This document shows, in pieces, positions 48,201-61,885 of a DNA stretch of 64,000 bases (position 1 is its first letter; each line of letters opens with the position of its first letter). The DNA is from Anthoceros angustus. Taxonomy: Eukaryota; Plantae; Anthocerotophyta. The position numbers and the translations under genes were made by a program. The notes under the pieces were generated by a model that saw nothing but the letters and a program-made list of their open reading frames with translations, searched no databases and was not told the DNA's origin. Location: positions 310,001 through 374,000 of the forward strand of contig MU008162.1 of NCBI GenBank assembly GCA_010909165.1, given 5' to 3'.

Positions 48201-49610
48201 ACAAGTCGATTCAGACTTTGCCTATTACCACGCCGAGCCCTCAAGGCGAAGCCTCGACGGCCGCCGCACCGGACGGACTGGAAGGCTCAAGGAGATGAAG
48301 GCCAGGGACAAAGACAGGGACCCTAGTGGCCCTGCTTGAGATGACGGAGCGCGGAGAGGAGCAACCGGGAGGAGCGAACGAGGGAGCGGCGGATGCGATC
48401 GAGGTAAGCACCCCGCACCTCATGGAAGGAGGGGCCAACGGCGAGCCAGGGCGATCGAGCCGGGAGGACTTGAGGAGAGCCAGGAGGAGTCCCGTGAGGG
48501 AGGAAACCCGGGGAGGACTTTGTCCGACGAGAGACCTCAAGTCCGGACCCAGAATAAGTCCGGACCAAGTCCGGACCTGAATAAGTCCGGACCAAGTCCG
48601 GACGACAACTGACCCCGAGGTCCGGACCCTGAGACAAGGTCGGACCTAGCCGGCCGGACCAGAATAAGCCGGACTCGGTCGTGGAGTCGAGACAGACCTC
48701 GAGGACCGGGTCGCAAGAAGGAGGAGCCCCTTCGACTTACGCTTAGGGGAGCCGATAGCGGGTGGCCCCACCGGCCAAGGACCTGTGGAGGGGCCGGGAG
48801 GATGACGCTGGTAACGGCGGTTGTCGCACGAGCCCAACCCGGCTGTGATTCCGGGAGAGAGGGCCCCGCCACGGATCATCCGATTGGGTGCACCACAACC
48901 GCTGTGACGGGATTGGACCACCCATTCCGAGGGGCAGGACCTTCCCACACACGAAGGAGATAGGGGATAGTGGTAGGATTAGGGTATACCGAAATGGCTA
49001 TCCGTAATAGGGGTGTTAATAAAGACGCCACCTTGGGCGCAGATAAGAGGGCCGCCTAGTAAAGCATCTTTCTCTGGTGTTGATGCCGCCTGCGCACCTT
49101 TGTGAGTCTTCTTGCTAACGTGAGTCCCGAGTCACCGAGCAGCACGATACCCGGGAGATTGATCAAGGTCCCGTGACGACTTAACGCGCTGTGTGTGTGC
49201 GGAAGGGTGATCGATCCGTGTCCCCGAGCGCCGACACCGAACGATCGAACGCTGAGCCGGAGGAACTCCGGAGGGTGTAGAGCCCGGACGAGAGGCCCGG
49301 AACGACGAGGAGGTCCGATCGAACCGCGCGGCCTTTTCTAAGATCAAGAGTGTAGCGTGAGAGGAGAGAGGAAAGGATGATGCGTGAGGATGTATGTGAA
49401 CGATACGGACGCGAACGGGTCCTTAAACGCTTGGCCATACCGGCCCGCAGACGGAACGCCAGAGTAGTTAGGAGTATGTGTGTGTTGACGAACGAGCGCT
49501 AAGGACGAAGAATCACCAAACGCAGAACGGGCCTATCATTTGGGAACGGACTTCTTCCTACAACGACACGGATTGTGCGCGCCCCGGCCATCGCGAAAAG
49601 TCCCGCCACA
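45290..49610 (+). repeat. 5' LTR of Gypsy element (~4.3 kb)
   Basis: Collinear with 55139-59519 throughout and followed by the PBS. Confidence 0.88.
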
Positions 49611-52600
49611 TTTTGGCGCTGCCGGGAATGAAATCGGCCTGGTGCCGCAGTGCGCCCTTAGGAAGAGAAGGTAAGTGAATGCGTGGCGGTCGAGCGACGG
49701 CCAAGAGTGAACCGTCGGAGGATCGGACGTGGTCACCGCGCTCTCCGAGCCGTGAGAGGAGAGACGCCAAACCCAACGAGAGCACCGCCGATCGAGGAGG
49801 AGAACGTGGTCGAATTGTCGGACCAAGACGAGTACGGGTACAGGGACGCCAACGGAAGAAGGTAGGATGCCACGCCTAACCCATCGATGGCGCAGCCATG
49901 GCCCCTACCGACCAAACAAGCGACTCCATATTCGGAGGGAAGAAGGAGCGGATGCGAGACCTTTGTGGAGGACTGTGTCCAAAGCCAACTTCAACGGAGA
50001 GGGAGTCGACGCATCCAGCTTTTCCAAGGGGTTCTCCGAGGATTCAATGGTATCGGAGAAAGTACCGACCACCGGAGAATGCCCCACCCGCCTCGCTTGA
50101 AGCTTTGAAAATGCCTTCTTAGAACGGTTTCGAGGATCACCAGAGGGGTATGTATTATCAAAGTTGGAAAATCAAGCGAGGGAAGAAGGAGAAGCCGGGC
50201 TCAGACATCGAGCGGTTCTATGCCCCGAGGATCGGCATCCAACCCATACCACGATGCAAGCGACGGTGGTTCGCGGGTCTAGCCAAACCCATGGCTGTGC
50301 ACGCCCCGCCGCCGAGAAGGACGTGGGCAAGGCGGTCGAGCGGAAAACTACGAGGAATCGCTACATCGAGGATAAAGAAATCCAAGGAGGCAAGAAGAAG
50401 AAGAAGAAACGGGGTGGACTCGAGGAGGAAGAGTCTTGAGGAGGAGGAAGACCAATCGGAGGTGTCTTCGGAGAGGAGGAGCCGTCCAAGAAGAGACGGA
50501 GGTCTCTAGCGAGGAAGAGTATCCCCAAGAAGAAGAGCAAGAAAGCCCGCTAAAAGAAGCAGGTAAGAAGGAGGTGGTGACACCAAGACCGTCCGAGAAG
50601 CTCCACCGGACCCGACTCCCTCAAGGAGGTAGCAGTCCGGAGGACCGGAAAAGTGATAAAGAGAGTAGAGGACCGCGAAACCAAAGTTAAGGACCGAGAG
50701 CGCGGAAAACACCGATCGTGTGCCAAGAATACCATTCGAATCCAACCGCCTCAAGGCCGGCATCAAGTGGACTACGAATACGAGGAGGAGGCCGAGGAGC
50801 AATGGGAAGAGGCCTATCGTATGTGAAGCCCTCCGGGCCGCGATATCCCAAAACCATGTATCCGCCAACCGGAGGTCCGTCAATACAACGGGCCCCACCG
50901 ATGCAAAGACCGCATGGGAGCCCCTTCGTATCCTCCGACGGCCGTGGTCTGGAACTGCGGAATCTCGCCATTACTCCAACGCGTCCGCACTCCAACGAGG
51001 CGGTAATGGGGACTTCGAGCGTCAGGTGGCGATCAAGCGGGCCGGGCATATGACAGACGCTATGTCCCAACCCCGCACAAGGACGTGACGATATGCCACA
51101 CCAAGCGGAGAACCCCGACCACCAACGCCACCTCCTAAGACTACTGCACGGCAAGTCAAGATGCTGGGCCATGGAGTGGGAAGAGATTCCAGGTACGCGA
51201 GATGGAAAAGAACAAGAAGGTACGGGGGTGTCGAAGGAAGGGAGTCAGGAAATCTTGAGGTGTCTACTAGGAAGGAAGGAGCGACGAGAAAGGCGCCAGT
51301 TGAAGAACAAGATCGAGGAAGCGCCACGGGACGCCGAGGAAGGCAATCAAACGGAAATACCAGCAGGATCCGACCGATGAAGGAGGGCTGGACGGCAGCC
51401 GGAGGGATTACCCAAGGAAGTTCTCGACAGATGTGGAGAGAAGGGTGCCTCCGCAGCTTCCACCGGACGTAGTCCGGAGGTGACCGAGATGTTGCAGGAG
51501 GAAATGCGCAAGCATCCGGAGAATACCGTAACACGTGACCCGGGAGAGGATGAGGACGCAGCAGCAGGATCCTCGATTGGGGTAGAAGCCTCGCCTTTAA
51601 TGTGGCGACCGATGATGAATCGCAGCACCTTGTGTCCTTTCGACACCGCCGAGGGATAACCCAAATACCGCAAGAGGTCCGGCCGTTAGGGAAACCCACC
51701 TCGGAGCACCAAAGCCGGAAAAAGGAAGTGAGGGTGGTGTCCCATACGGACCTGGCCAGTGGTACAAGTGGAGATTGGATGTATCATCAAGGATGATGGA
51801 CACGGGTCCGAGTCAACCTCATCACCGGCACGAAAATTGGGCTTCACATCCTTCAACCCTCAACGAAGACTCGAGAATGGCGTATATGTCAAGAAGAGAT
51901 CCGCGGGGAGTTAACCGAGTCTTGGCCACCATAGCGCGCACCCTACAAACCGGATTTTGTTGTGATCAAACCGCCGGACCATTAGGGTATGAGGTGTTGT
52001 CGGCCATGGTGGGTTGGCCCAGAGCTACACTTTGGAAGGAAGGAGATTCACTTCAAGCCGTGGACCGGGACCCTAAGGTGCGAGAAGGGAGGGTTGCTAT
52101 CACCGGAGCAAGGACACCTATTGTGGGAAACTGTGAGCACTAGGCTGGAGGACTCCACCGCAATTTAACAAGATAGTTCCGAGGAGGCGACTTTCGCCAA
52201 GATCCGGGTCCGAGGAGGAGATGGACTACCGCGGATGCCTTTGGTGCGAAGTGATTGATTGTTTTCGAGTAAACGCCACAACGGGCCGGAGGAAGGAAGT
52301 GAAGAGGAGGTCGGACCAGACAAGGGGAGACAACAAGAGTCGGACCAAGGAAAAGCGACATCAAGGAGTAACACGATTCACCTCCGACGAGCTCTTCGAG
52401 AATGGGGATGCGAGAGGACGATCCCCGAGAGGAGGACGAGGGTTTGGACGCAAGGCAAAGACGGAACGGAGACGTGAACCCGGACGACGTGGAAGAAGTG
52501 GAGGTCCGCCGCAAATTCTCAAGTTTAAGAAAGGCATGCCTCCGGACCAAGGAAGGACTAAAGTACTGGGGAGTTTTATGAGGTGTTCGCCTTCAAGGTC

Positions 52601-55138
52601 ACATGAAGGGCATTCAAGAAGTGGGAGAGCATAAGATCGATTTGAAGCCGGAGCGTGCCAATCAACGGACAATACAAGCTCAACCCCAAGTATTCGATCA
52701 AGGTGAAGGAGGTCCTTGATAAGTACCGGAGGCACATCATTTTCCCCATCGTCCGAGTGGGTCGCGCCGATTGTGGTGGTTCCCAAGAAACAGGACAAAT
52801 TCGGTATGCCAAGATTGAGGAAGCTCAACGCCGAACGGAGAAGGACCACTTCCCGATGCCATTCAGACGACATTTTGGACAAGGTGGTCGGACGGACTAC
52901 TTACTCCTTCGGATGGCTACTCCGGATATAACCAATTGCACCTAAGGGAGTTTGACCGACAAGACGACCTTCACTACGGAGTGGGTACGCTTTGCCTACA
53001 AGAGAAGTGCCTTTGGGATGACCGGAGCGCTGTGGTCGCTCATGCGTATGGTGACCAACGCCTTCCGTGACTTCGAGGGACTTCATGGAGATATTCCCGG
53101 ATGATTTTGTGTGCATGGGGAGCAGGACAAACACCTTGGGCATCTAAGAAGGTGCTTGAGCGCTGCCGGAGACTCAATTGAGCCTACACCCGAGAAATGC
53201 TACTTTGGAATGACGGAGGGAATCTTGTCGACATCGGGTGTCGGCTGAATCGAGGTGGACCAGACAAGGTCCGGTCATCCACTCCACACCACGAACCTAA
53301 AGGAGCCGAGAGGTTTCGAATGGTGGGATACTACCGGTTTATTAAGGACTTTGCGAAGAGGGCGCTAAGCGATGTAATCATGCGGAAGGAGGAGGTTTGG
53401 ACCGTCACGGAGCGAGAGGAGGCCTTCGGGTAACACCTTGGTAAGCGCACCGGTTCTAAGAGGACCGGATCGAGCAGAAATTTCATGTGTATGTATGTGT
53501 CCGCTTTGCTATCGGAGTAGTGCCGAGCCGGCGAGCGCGCGGATTATCCCGTATACTACCGGACGACACCACCCACGCTGAACGAAAATACACAACTAGA
53601 GCGCCAAGCAATGGGTATGGTATATGTCAAGAAATTCGACACTACCTACCCAAAGTGAGTTTGTGTTCTATGTAGACCACTTTGCTCAAGCATCCGGTGA
53701 ATAAGACGGACTGTCCGGACGGATAGCAAGGTGGATATTGTTGCCGCAGGAGTTCACGTCAAGTGGAAACAAGACAAGGGAGGCAACCAAAATGCGATTT
53801 CGTCACGATTGAAAACAGAAAGGTGTTGAGAGATCGAAGATGCGCTCCGGATGAGACATTGGTTGCCGCAGTAAAGTACAACCGGAGGAGCCCAGACCGA
53901 ACCCCAAGCTACGAACCGGGCACTTAGCAGAAGGGAGGAGGGCTCGGCGTCCGACCTACGAAGAAATAGAGCGGTCTGGGAATGGAGCTTCAAAAATCGA
54001 CTGTGGGATGAGGGAGGCATTCGTGCACTATGCTCGACCCTTCGTAATGTACAACGGTGTGTGTTCAAATTAGGGACGGAGTAGAACGAAGGTACTTGCA
54101 ACCCAGAGAGGGAGCGGCCAAGGGAATGCAAAGGATTGGGGTGGACACTACGCAAGACAGTCACCACCAAAAGATTTTGAAGCGGGATACCGGTGGCCAA
54201 CAATGTATGGGGACACCCACCGCTTAGAAGAAGTGTGATGCTTGTCGGATCGGAAAGCCAACCCCGACACAAGGCCGCTAGTACCGATATTGGCACCGCA
54301 CCTTCAAAAAGTGGGGTATTGACTTTGTTGGACCTATACCCACGACAAGACACACACAAAGGAGATACATCCCGGTGGCAACGGACCATCGCACTGTGTG
54401 GGTAGAGGCATGGCGAAGAACGGACCCGCAAATACCGTGGCCAAATTCTCGATGAGAACATCATAACCCGCACGGATGTCCGCAGTTGGTAAGTGATAGG
54501 GGAACCCATTTCCTTAATGATGTGGTGGCCGCCATGACGGAGTATTTCGCATCAATCATCGCAAGACGGCACCCTACAATCCTAAGGCCAATGCCGACAG
54601 AGAAGACAAATGGGCTCATCCAGGATCTCGAATAAACTCACGGAACTACGCCCATGATGGGATACCAAGCCGCCATCCGCACTGTATGCCCGACAGCAGA
54701 AGGTGACCACACAACGGACCCCTTACTTCTTGACCTACGACACCTCCCGTAATGCCGAGAGTTTGAAGTGCCCACTTTTCGAGTAATGATGGAAGGAGAC
54801 TGAAGAGGAAAGCCACCGAGCGACTCTTGGGGTTTGTCAAGACAGAGGATGGGAAGAAGCTCACCAAGATGCATTGGTGCAAAACCAACAAAGATTTGGC
54901 ACGATCGCCGATCGGAATCGGGGAGTATGTAAAGGAAGGGACCGCCCTCCTTTATGATAGTCGCATGCATTTTCTGCAAACTTCACCGAGATGGATGGGT
55001 CCGCATCAAGTGGTGCAAGTATATGACAACGGGTCCGTCCACGGCGCCTAGATGGAGAGTGCTGCCCACTCGGGTAAACGGGTGGCGGTGAAGAAGTATA
55101 TTTTAGTGTTGGAGACGCCAACAGATGAGAAGGGAGTA

Positions 55139-58100
55139 TGTGGGCTATGCACTCGGGAGTTAAGAAATAAGTAGGGTTTCTTTTTAGGATTGAAGGATAA
55201 ATAAGGAAAAGGAGGAATAAATTGGGGTAGGCCCGGACGAGGCTCGAGTATACTCCGACTGGAGTGAACAACGGACCCATTACTATGGCAAGCTCGACTA
55301 CGAACGGATAAGTCCGAACCCACCCAGTGTCAAAATAGGATAAGTACAGTGAAAGTAACCCAGGAGCGGAGGCGTGAGGATGCAGAGGCGGCGCCACGTG
55401 GACGGCCCCGAGTGGAGGTCGGGCATGCAGAGGTCAGACCGTAACCTTGCCGAGAGGCCGCAGGCAGTATTCACGCCCGCGGCCGCGCGGCGTAAGGCCG
55501 CAGTAAGCGAAGCGAGGGTAAGCCATGCACTCGCGCTACGGACAACGAGGCGCCTTCCGCCACTTTCGCGCCAAGGAGGGAGGTCATTTCGCCGCAGCCT
55601 CCGCAATCCTCACAGCCTTGCGCCCGCAATCCGGCTCGGCGCTATCTTTTGGGCGCACAGAGCGTGCACCGCTAAGGTTGGAGCAACGCGAAGGAGGAAC
55701 ATCGTGCCCGGACCCGCCAGCAGCAAAAGAGAGAGGAGAAGCAATGGCACCCAAAAGCCGACGGAAGTCTGGGAGCCATGGACCGTGGAGCGCAACATTG
55801 TGACCCGCGCTATCCGGACGGCCCGGCCGGAGGAAGGGAATTGGTGCAGAGTGGCATCCGGACGTGTTCCAAATGGTCGACCTTTGACAACGCTACTCTA
55901 GTCCGGAGTTTGCCCGAAGATGCGGCGGCGATCAACAAGGAGGTCCGATCCAAGAACCTCCGGAGGACTCGAGGCGATGGACCTTGAGGTCCCGAGGATG
56001 GCCTACAACCGCCCAAGGAGGAAGAAGGGCGTGGTGCCGAGCCCCTTAAGGCGAAGGGAAGATAGGGCGCCCAGCGGCGTTGAGGCTCGAACGCAACCAA
56101 CGGATGGTTGATATCCGATCCGCCGGATCCGAGTAAGGGCGGTAGCCGGATCATTGTCCATTGAACTCGCCACCAAGGTGGATCACCTTGGTGATAACCG
56201 CTGGTATTCTCGCATGCGCCCGGGGAAGAGAGCGGAAGGAAGGATTATCTTCGCCTTCGCCTGTGAGGCACGCAAGCTAAGGAGCGAGAAGCCTCCATCC
56301 GACCCCACACCGATTCATGTATGGGGACATTTCGAGCTCCCAAGGAGGGAGAGCTTGAGCGGGCGCCAAGGCCGGAGGCCCCGCCAAGTAGAGCGTGCAA
56401 GGCGCCTGAGGTGGGGGCCCTTCAAGACCAAGCGGACTCGGAGGAGGACGATCGAGGATTCTCCATACGTGAGCGAACCCCTCACCACCTGTGGAAGTTT
56501 GGGAGGCGATTCCCCTTCCTCCTTTTGGTGCCCCTCCGAGCAAGACAGTGAGGGAGCCGATGCCGAGGGCTGGCCCGCACCGGCAACAGCCAACAACCAC
56601 GACGGCCGAGCCCGACGAACTCGGGAGCCAAGAGGCGGAAGACGGTGCCGCTTACCAACGCAAAGACCTCGAAGGTGCCGTACTTACCCCGCCACGAGTG
56701 GCAAGAGGTCAAGAGGCGTAAGGAGGGCAAAGGACGTGGCCCAAGGAGTGGAGGTCACCGCGCAGCCCACCTCGAGCCGGCCTGCCCCCGATGTGAAGGG
56801 GCAAAAGAGCTTGCTGACCCCCTCACCTCCTCCGAGCCCTGTGGAGAAAGAGGGCACAAAGGAGTTAGAGGCCAAGAGGGCCAAGAGGGTGAGACTGACT
56901 CACCACTGTGACCGAGGGTCCCGATTAGGTCCGAGAACCCACCGACTTACTCGGATCGGGTATGGAGGTCCTGGACCGAGAAATGCCGGCCCCACTACGG
57001 ACTTTGTGGGGGCCTCACACGGCCGTGGAAGAAACACGGCGAAGTCCTGCTACCGCCATGGATGCTTTGGGGTCTCGTGGTACCGGAGAAGACCCTGGAA
57101 GTGGAGGCCACCCGAGGAGGATGGTGGAACCCAAGAGCAAGTGAAGGCGCCAGGGGCAAAGGAAAGGCGGAGTCCCTCGCCGGATCGAGGAAGGGAAACG
57201 CCGGTGGCGGAGCGAGGCCCGGGTTCGCAGATCAAGGTTCTTCACCAGGTCACAGCAAGCTCAGAGGCCCAAGCGGGCGGAGGACCTTGCGTAAGAGGGA
57301 AGCGCAGAGGCGGAAGAGGCCGGCACAAGCAGAGAGCTCGGGACTGGCGGAGGCGGCCCGGCCAGAGCGCCAAGTGGGCGAGGCCTGGCGGCGAAGAGCC
57401 AAGCCGCTGCAAAGAGCGAGGGATCACTATGACGTGATCGAACCGGTGGAGAGAGTCCAGTGAGGCTAACTCAAGGCCGCACAAAGTGCTATGGAGCAGC
57501 AAGGCCAAGACTGGGAGATAGAGATCTCCGAGCACAAAGGAGAAGGGAGGCGGCAGCAGATGGAGGACAAGAAGGACACTGGAGCTACAACCCAAGATGC
57601 GCTTGAGCAAGCAGTGATTCTCAACAGAGAATCCACACCGAGCAAAACAGTAGTGCCCGTCTCAAGACGGAGGAAAATCGGCGACTATCCAAGGAGTTGG
57701 ACGCTGCTGCTGCTATGAGCCGGAGGAAGTCCGAGCCTGGACGGAGGTATCCGACCGCCTGAGAGGGAGTCATGAGCTAAAGGCCGTAATGAACGGGAGC
57801 GAGCACCGGAAGCGAAAAGAAGCCGGTCCACCGAGAAAGGCGGAAGGGAACGCCGCGCTATGGCGGGTAAGTCGGCGGAAAGGAAACGACGGAGCAGGAG
57901 CAGCGGGCACAGAGGTGACCGAGGCCGCCTTGTAGCCTCACGTGATACCGGCCCCACAACTGGGCAGAGAGGTGGCCCAACAAGCCGGCAAAGACGCCCC
58001 TAACACTTATGGCGGAGGGAGTATCGGCCCGCACACGTGGAAGAGGCAATTCAACAAGTCGATTCGACTTTGCCTATTACCACGCCGAGCTCCTGGCGTG

Positions 58101-59519
58101 AGAAGCCTCGACTCACCGCAGACGGGACGGACCGGAAGGCTCAAGGAGATGAAGGCCACGGGACAAAGACAGGACCCTAGTGGCCCCTGCTTGAGATGAC
58201 GGAGCGGGAGAGGAGCAACCGAGGAGCAGAACGAGGGAGCGGCGGATGCGATCGAGGTAAGCACCCGCACCTCACCATGGAAGGAGGGGCCAACGAAGGA
58301 GTCACTCGATCGGGAACAGCGGAGGACTTCGAGGAGAGCCACGGAGGAGTCCTGAGGGAGGAAACCCGGGGGAGGCGTGAGTCCGACTTTGAGGACCGGA
58401 TCAAGTCCGGACTCAGAATAAGTCCGGACCTCAAGTCCGGACTGAATAAGTCCGGACTCAAGTCCGGACCCCGGACAACTGACCGAGGTCCGGACCTGCA
58501 GACAAGGTCGGACCTAGCCGGCCGGACCTGAATAAGCCGGACTCAAGTTCGTGAGTCGAGACAGACCTCGAGGACCGGCCGCCAAGAAGGAGGAGCCCCT
58601 TCGACTTACGCTTAGGGGAGCCGATAGGGGTGGCCCCACCGGGCGAAGGACCTGTGGAGGCCAGGGGATGACGTGGTAACGCGGTCGCCGCCGCCAGAGC
58701 CCAACCCGACTGTGATTCCGGAGAGAGGAGGGGCCCGCCACGGATCATCCGATTGGGTGCACCACAACCGCTGTGACGGGGATTGACCACCCATTCCGAG
58801 GAGGGGCTCAGACCTTCCCCCCACACGGGCGAAGGAGATAGGGGGATAGGCCGGTAGGCGGCCGATTAGGTATACCGCTGGCTATCACCGTAATAGGGGT
58901 GTAATAAAGACGCCACCGCAGATAAGAGGGCCGAGGCCGCCTAGTAAAGCATCTTTCTCTGGTGTTGATGCCGCGCTCTGCACCTTTGTGAGTCTTCTTG
59001 CTAACGTGAGTCCCGAGTCACCGAAAGGTGCACGATCCCGGGAGATTGATCAAGGTCCCGTGACGGACTTAACGCTGTGGTGTGTGCAGGAAGGGTGACC
59101 GGTGATCTGCTCGCCCCGAGCCGCGTCCGACACCGAACTGACCGAACGTGAGCCGGAGGAACTCCGGAGGTGTGTAGAGCCCGGACGAGAGGCCCGCGGA
59201 ACGACGGAGGAGGTCCGGATCACAGAACCGGCTTTTCTAAGATCAAGAGTGTAGCGTGAGAGGAGAGGAAAGGACCGATGCGTGAAGGATGTATGTGAAC
59301 GATACGGACGCGAACGGGTCTCTAAACGCTTGGCCATACCGGCCTGACGGTGAACGCTAGAGTAGTTAGAGTATGTGTGTGAGTTGAGACCGAACGAGCG
59401 CTAAGGACGGTAAGAATCACCAAACGCGTAAACGGGCCTATCATTCCTTGGGAACGGACTTCTTCCTACAACGACACGGATTGTGCGCGCCTGGCCGGCC
59501 ATCGAAAAGTCCCGCCACA
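55139..59519 (+). repeat. 3' LTR of Gypsy element (~4.4 kb)
   Basis: Starts right after the PPT and ends with the same AAAAGTCCCGCCACA. Confidence 0.88.
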
Positions 59520-61476
59520 AAATGTGCCAGGAGCAGCTAAGGGCCATGTCCACCCAACAGAGGCCTTAGTAAATCAGTCAAGGGGCGATGCTACAATTGA
59601 AGAGCTTCAAGATGAGGTCTCGCGAGTCCGTGGAGGTGGAAACAATGGCGCCTCGAGAAATTCAAGAACTGCGGAAAGATACAAGCGAGAGAGAGGCGAC
59701 TAAACTCAGAAGAAGAGCCACAGCAAGCCGATGGCCACCACCGTGGGAAGACCACCACGGTGGCTAAACCGGCCACCGTCGCGGAAGAAGGAACCGAGGT
59801 GGGGGAGGCCACCGACAGGAGTACCGCAGATGGAGCGGCAGATCCCCTGGAAACCCAGCAGCAGCCGGCCCAGGATTGTCCACGGGAGGAGAGGGTAAGG
59901 ACCTCTATATCAGAAGGGCATATTGTGCTGCGGCGTCTCAATGAGGATGCTCATGTCCCTGGCTTCTGCCTGCATGGTGAGCGGGTGCTCACTCTAAATG
60001 TGTATGTGGTTGTTGGGATGAGGAGGCGGCTTTGGTCACATCTTGACCGCCACGGGCTTTGCTGGTTCTTCCGAATCGAGCGGGGCCTACCCCCAAGTGG
60101 TGATCGAGGAAATGAGCGGGCGGAGGCGGAAGTGAGTGGAGATCCACGGTGGCTGTCCAAATGAAGAGCGGAATAACAGCATAGGGCCTATAGGCAGCGC
60201 GACGCCCATGGAAGACGCTTGAAAGCTGCAGGCGTGGCCGAGGTGGAGGTTTTGGGGAGAATCGCTCGGATCAGGCGTGGCAGAGGGAGGCAGGCGAAAC
60301 CCCCAGCTACAGCAAATGAGAACTGTGACGCTTAATTTTAGAGGAGCGACACATTGCAAGCCAAGAGTTCCTTTTCGGGTTAGAGGATAGGATGTTTTGA
60401 GGGTCTGCGGAGCTGTAGTTACCGGAATTGGTAGGAGCGTCCGTCGTAGTAGGTCATATTTTCTAGACATGGGAGGAGTGAGCTGTGGAGATCCACATGA
60501 GTGTATAAGAGACCCTTGAGTGTCTCTTAATAATTGTGTGAACTTCCGTGTGTTGAAGCTATGCGCCGAGGTTGGTTGAGGACGTCCGATCAACATCAAA
60601 CCTGCTCGATGCACCGCTTTCTGCCACAAGAAGGCCGGAAGATCCTGGATGGTCGAGAGCGGGTGGCCAAGCTCCACGCCTGGGTGGCCGGGCTGGCGCC
60701 TGAAAAGAGGTAGGGATTGCCTCGGAAGGCGGAGGCGGAACCGCCGAAGGCGGATCGCCAAGCAGCACCGGTGTTTTCCGATCTTCTTTCCCAACCGCCA
60801 CCAAAGTGTTTTATTCCATGAGAGGGGTCTGTGGCCCAAGAGGGGTCTGTGTGGCCCAAAGGAGGGGTCTGTGTGGCCCAAAGTGGGGTCTGGGTGGCCC
60901 GTGAGGAGAGGAAGAGAGGATTTATTTAGGAAGGGGAAGGCCCGAAAGGGCAGACGAGTGCGCGCTGTAAGGGATTGTGAGTGTGTGTGGGGAGAATCGC
61001 GAAATGATTAAGGAGACTGGAAGTGAGTGGTGGGGTCGCGGGGAAATAGCGGTGGAGTGAGGCACCGCAGCACTTGAGGTCGTGGTGCATAACTCCCGGG
61101 AAGGATCCGATGTGGAATTCCCCGGAAGCAAAGAGAGGCGCGTTAGGGACCCGCCAGTGGTTGAACCAACCTGCGTGGCCGAGTCTTCCACCAGTGGTGG
61201 GTTTGGGTAGTCGGATAAGGGGGAAGGTAGTGATCGATGGGGTAAGTCTAGAGTCCATAGTTTTAGAACATCTTGACGCCAAACCATTCCCTTGGGATCG
61301 AATCCTAGGACTATAACGACATAGAGGGTAAATGTGGCCTCCTTGCATCTTCAGATGCAAAAACCAACTCCACAACAACTGAAATAGGTAATTTTAACTT
61401 TTTTTAGACAAATCTGGAGGCTTTATAAGAAGGAAAGTACAACCCGGCCCCATGCTTGAAGGCAAATTGGCGGACC

Positions 61477-61885
61477 AAACATGCCAGGGCAAACTCCAAA
61501 CAATCCTACCATCTCTAAAATGCAGACAAGTACTGACAGGCCCCAGGCATCCGAACAAAACCGAGATAGCCATCATGGGGCAGCGAGAAGGAGAACAGGG
61601 AGAAGGTCATTTTAGTATATCTCGGTCATTTTAGTATATCTCGGAGCTACGAAGCGGATAGGAGCTCATAGGTCACAGGACACCACTCCGAGATTCTTCA
61701 GTCATTGAATTTTCTCTTCAAATTTTGTATTGTGTCCTATGAGTACTAAAATGACCTTCTCGCTGTTCTCCTTCTCGCTGCCCCATGATGGCTATCTCGG
61801 TTTTGTTCGGATGCCTGGGGCCAGTCAGTACTTGTTTGCATTTTAGAGATGGCAGGATTGTTTGGAGTTTGCCTTGGTGTGTTTG
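61477..61885. repeat. ~140-bp inverted repeat (61477-61617 / 61744-61885)
   Basis: The arms are near-perfect reverse complements. The ORF track shows MMAISVLFGCLGPVSTCLHFRDGRIVWSLPW on both strands. Confidence 0.92.

Larger units (their letters stand above)
45290..59519 (+). mobile_element. Ty3/Gypsy non-chromovirus (Athila/Tat-like) element with ~4.3-kb LTRs
   Basis: LTRs at 45290-49610 and 55139-59519 (TG...CCGCCACA), PBS-like TGGCGCTGCCGGGA at 49614, PPT GAGAAGGGAGTA before 55139. RT SEWVAPIVVVPKK..DHFPMPF..DGYSGYNQ, INT KWG.DFVGP..SDRGTHFLN..PYNPKAN, C-terminal RWMGP..VYDNGSV. No matching TSD was found. Confidence 0.9.

Noticed and set aside
59520-61380. Coding-like GC-rich region including the 264-aa ORF at 60087-60881 and short GAGGGGTCTGTGGCCCAA repeats
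   Set aside because: No recognisable protein motif or element boundaries.
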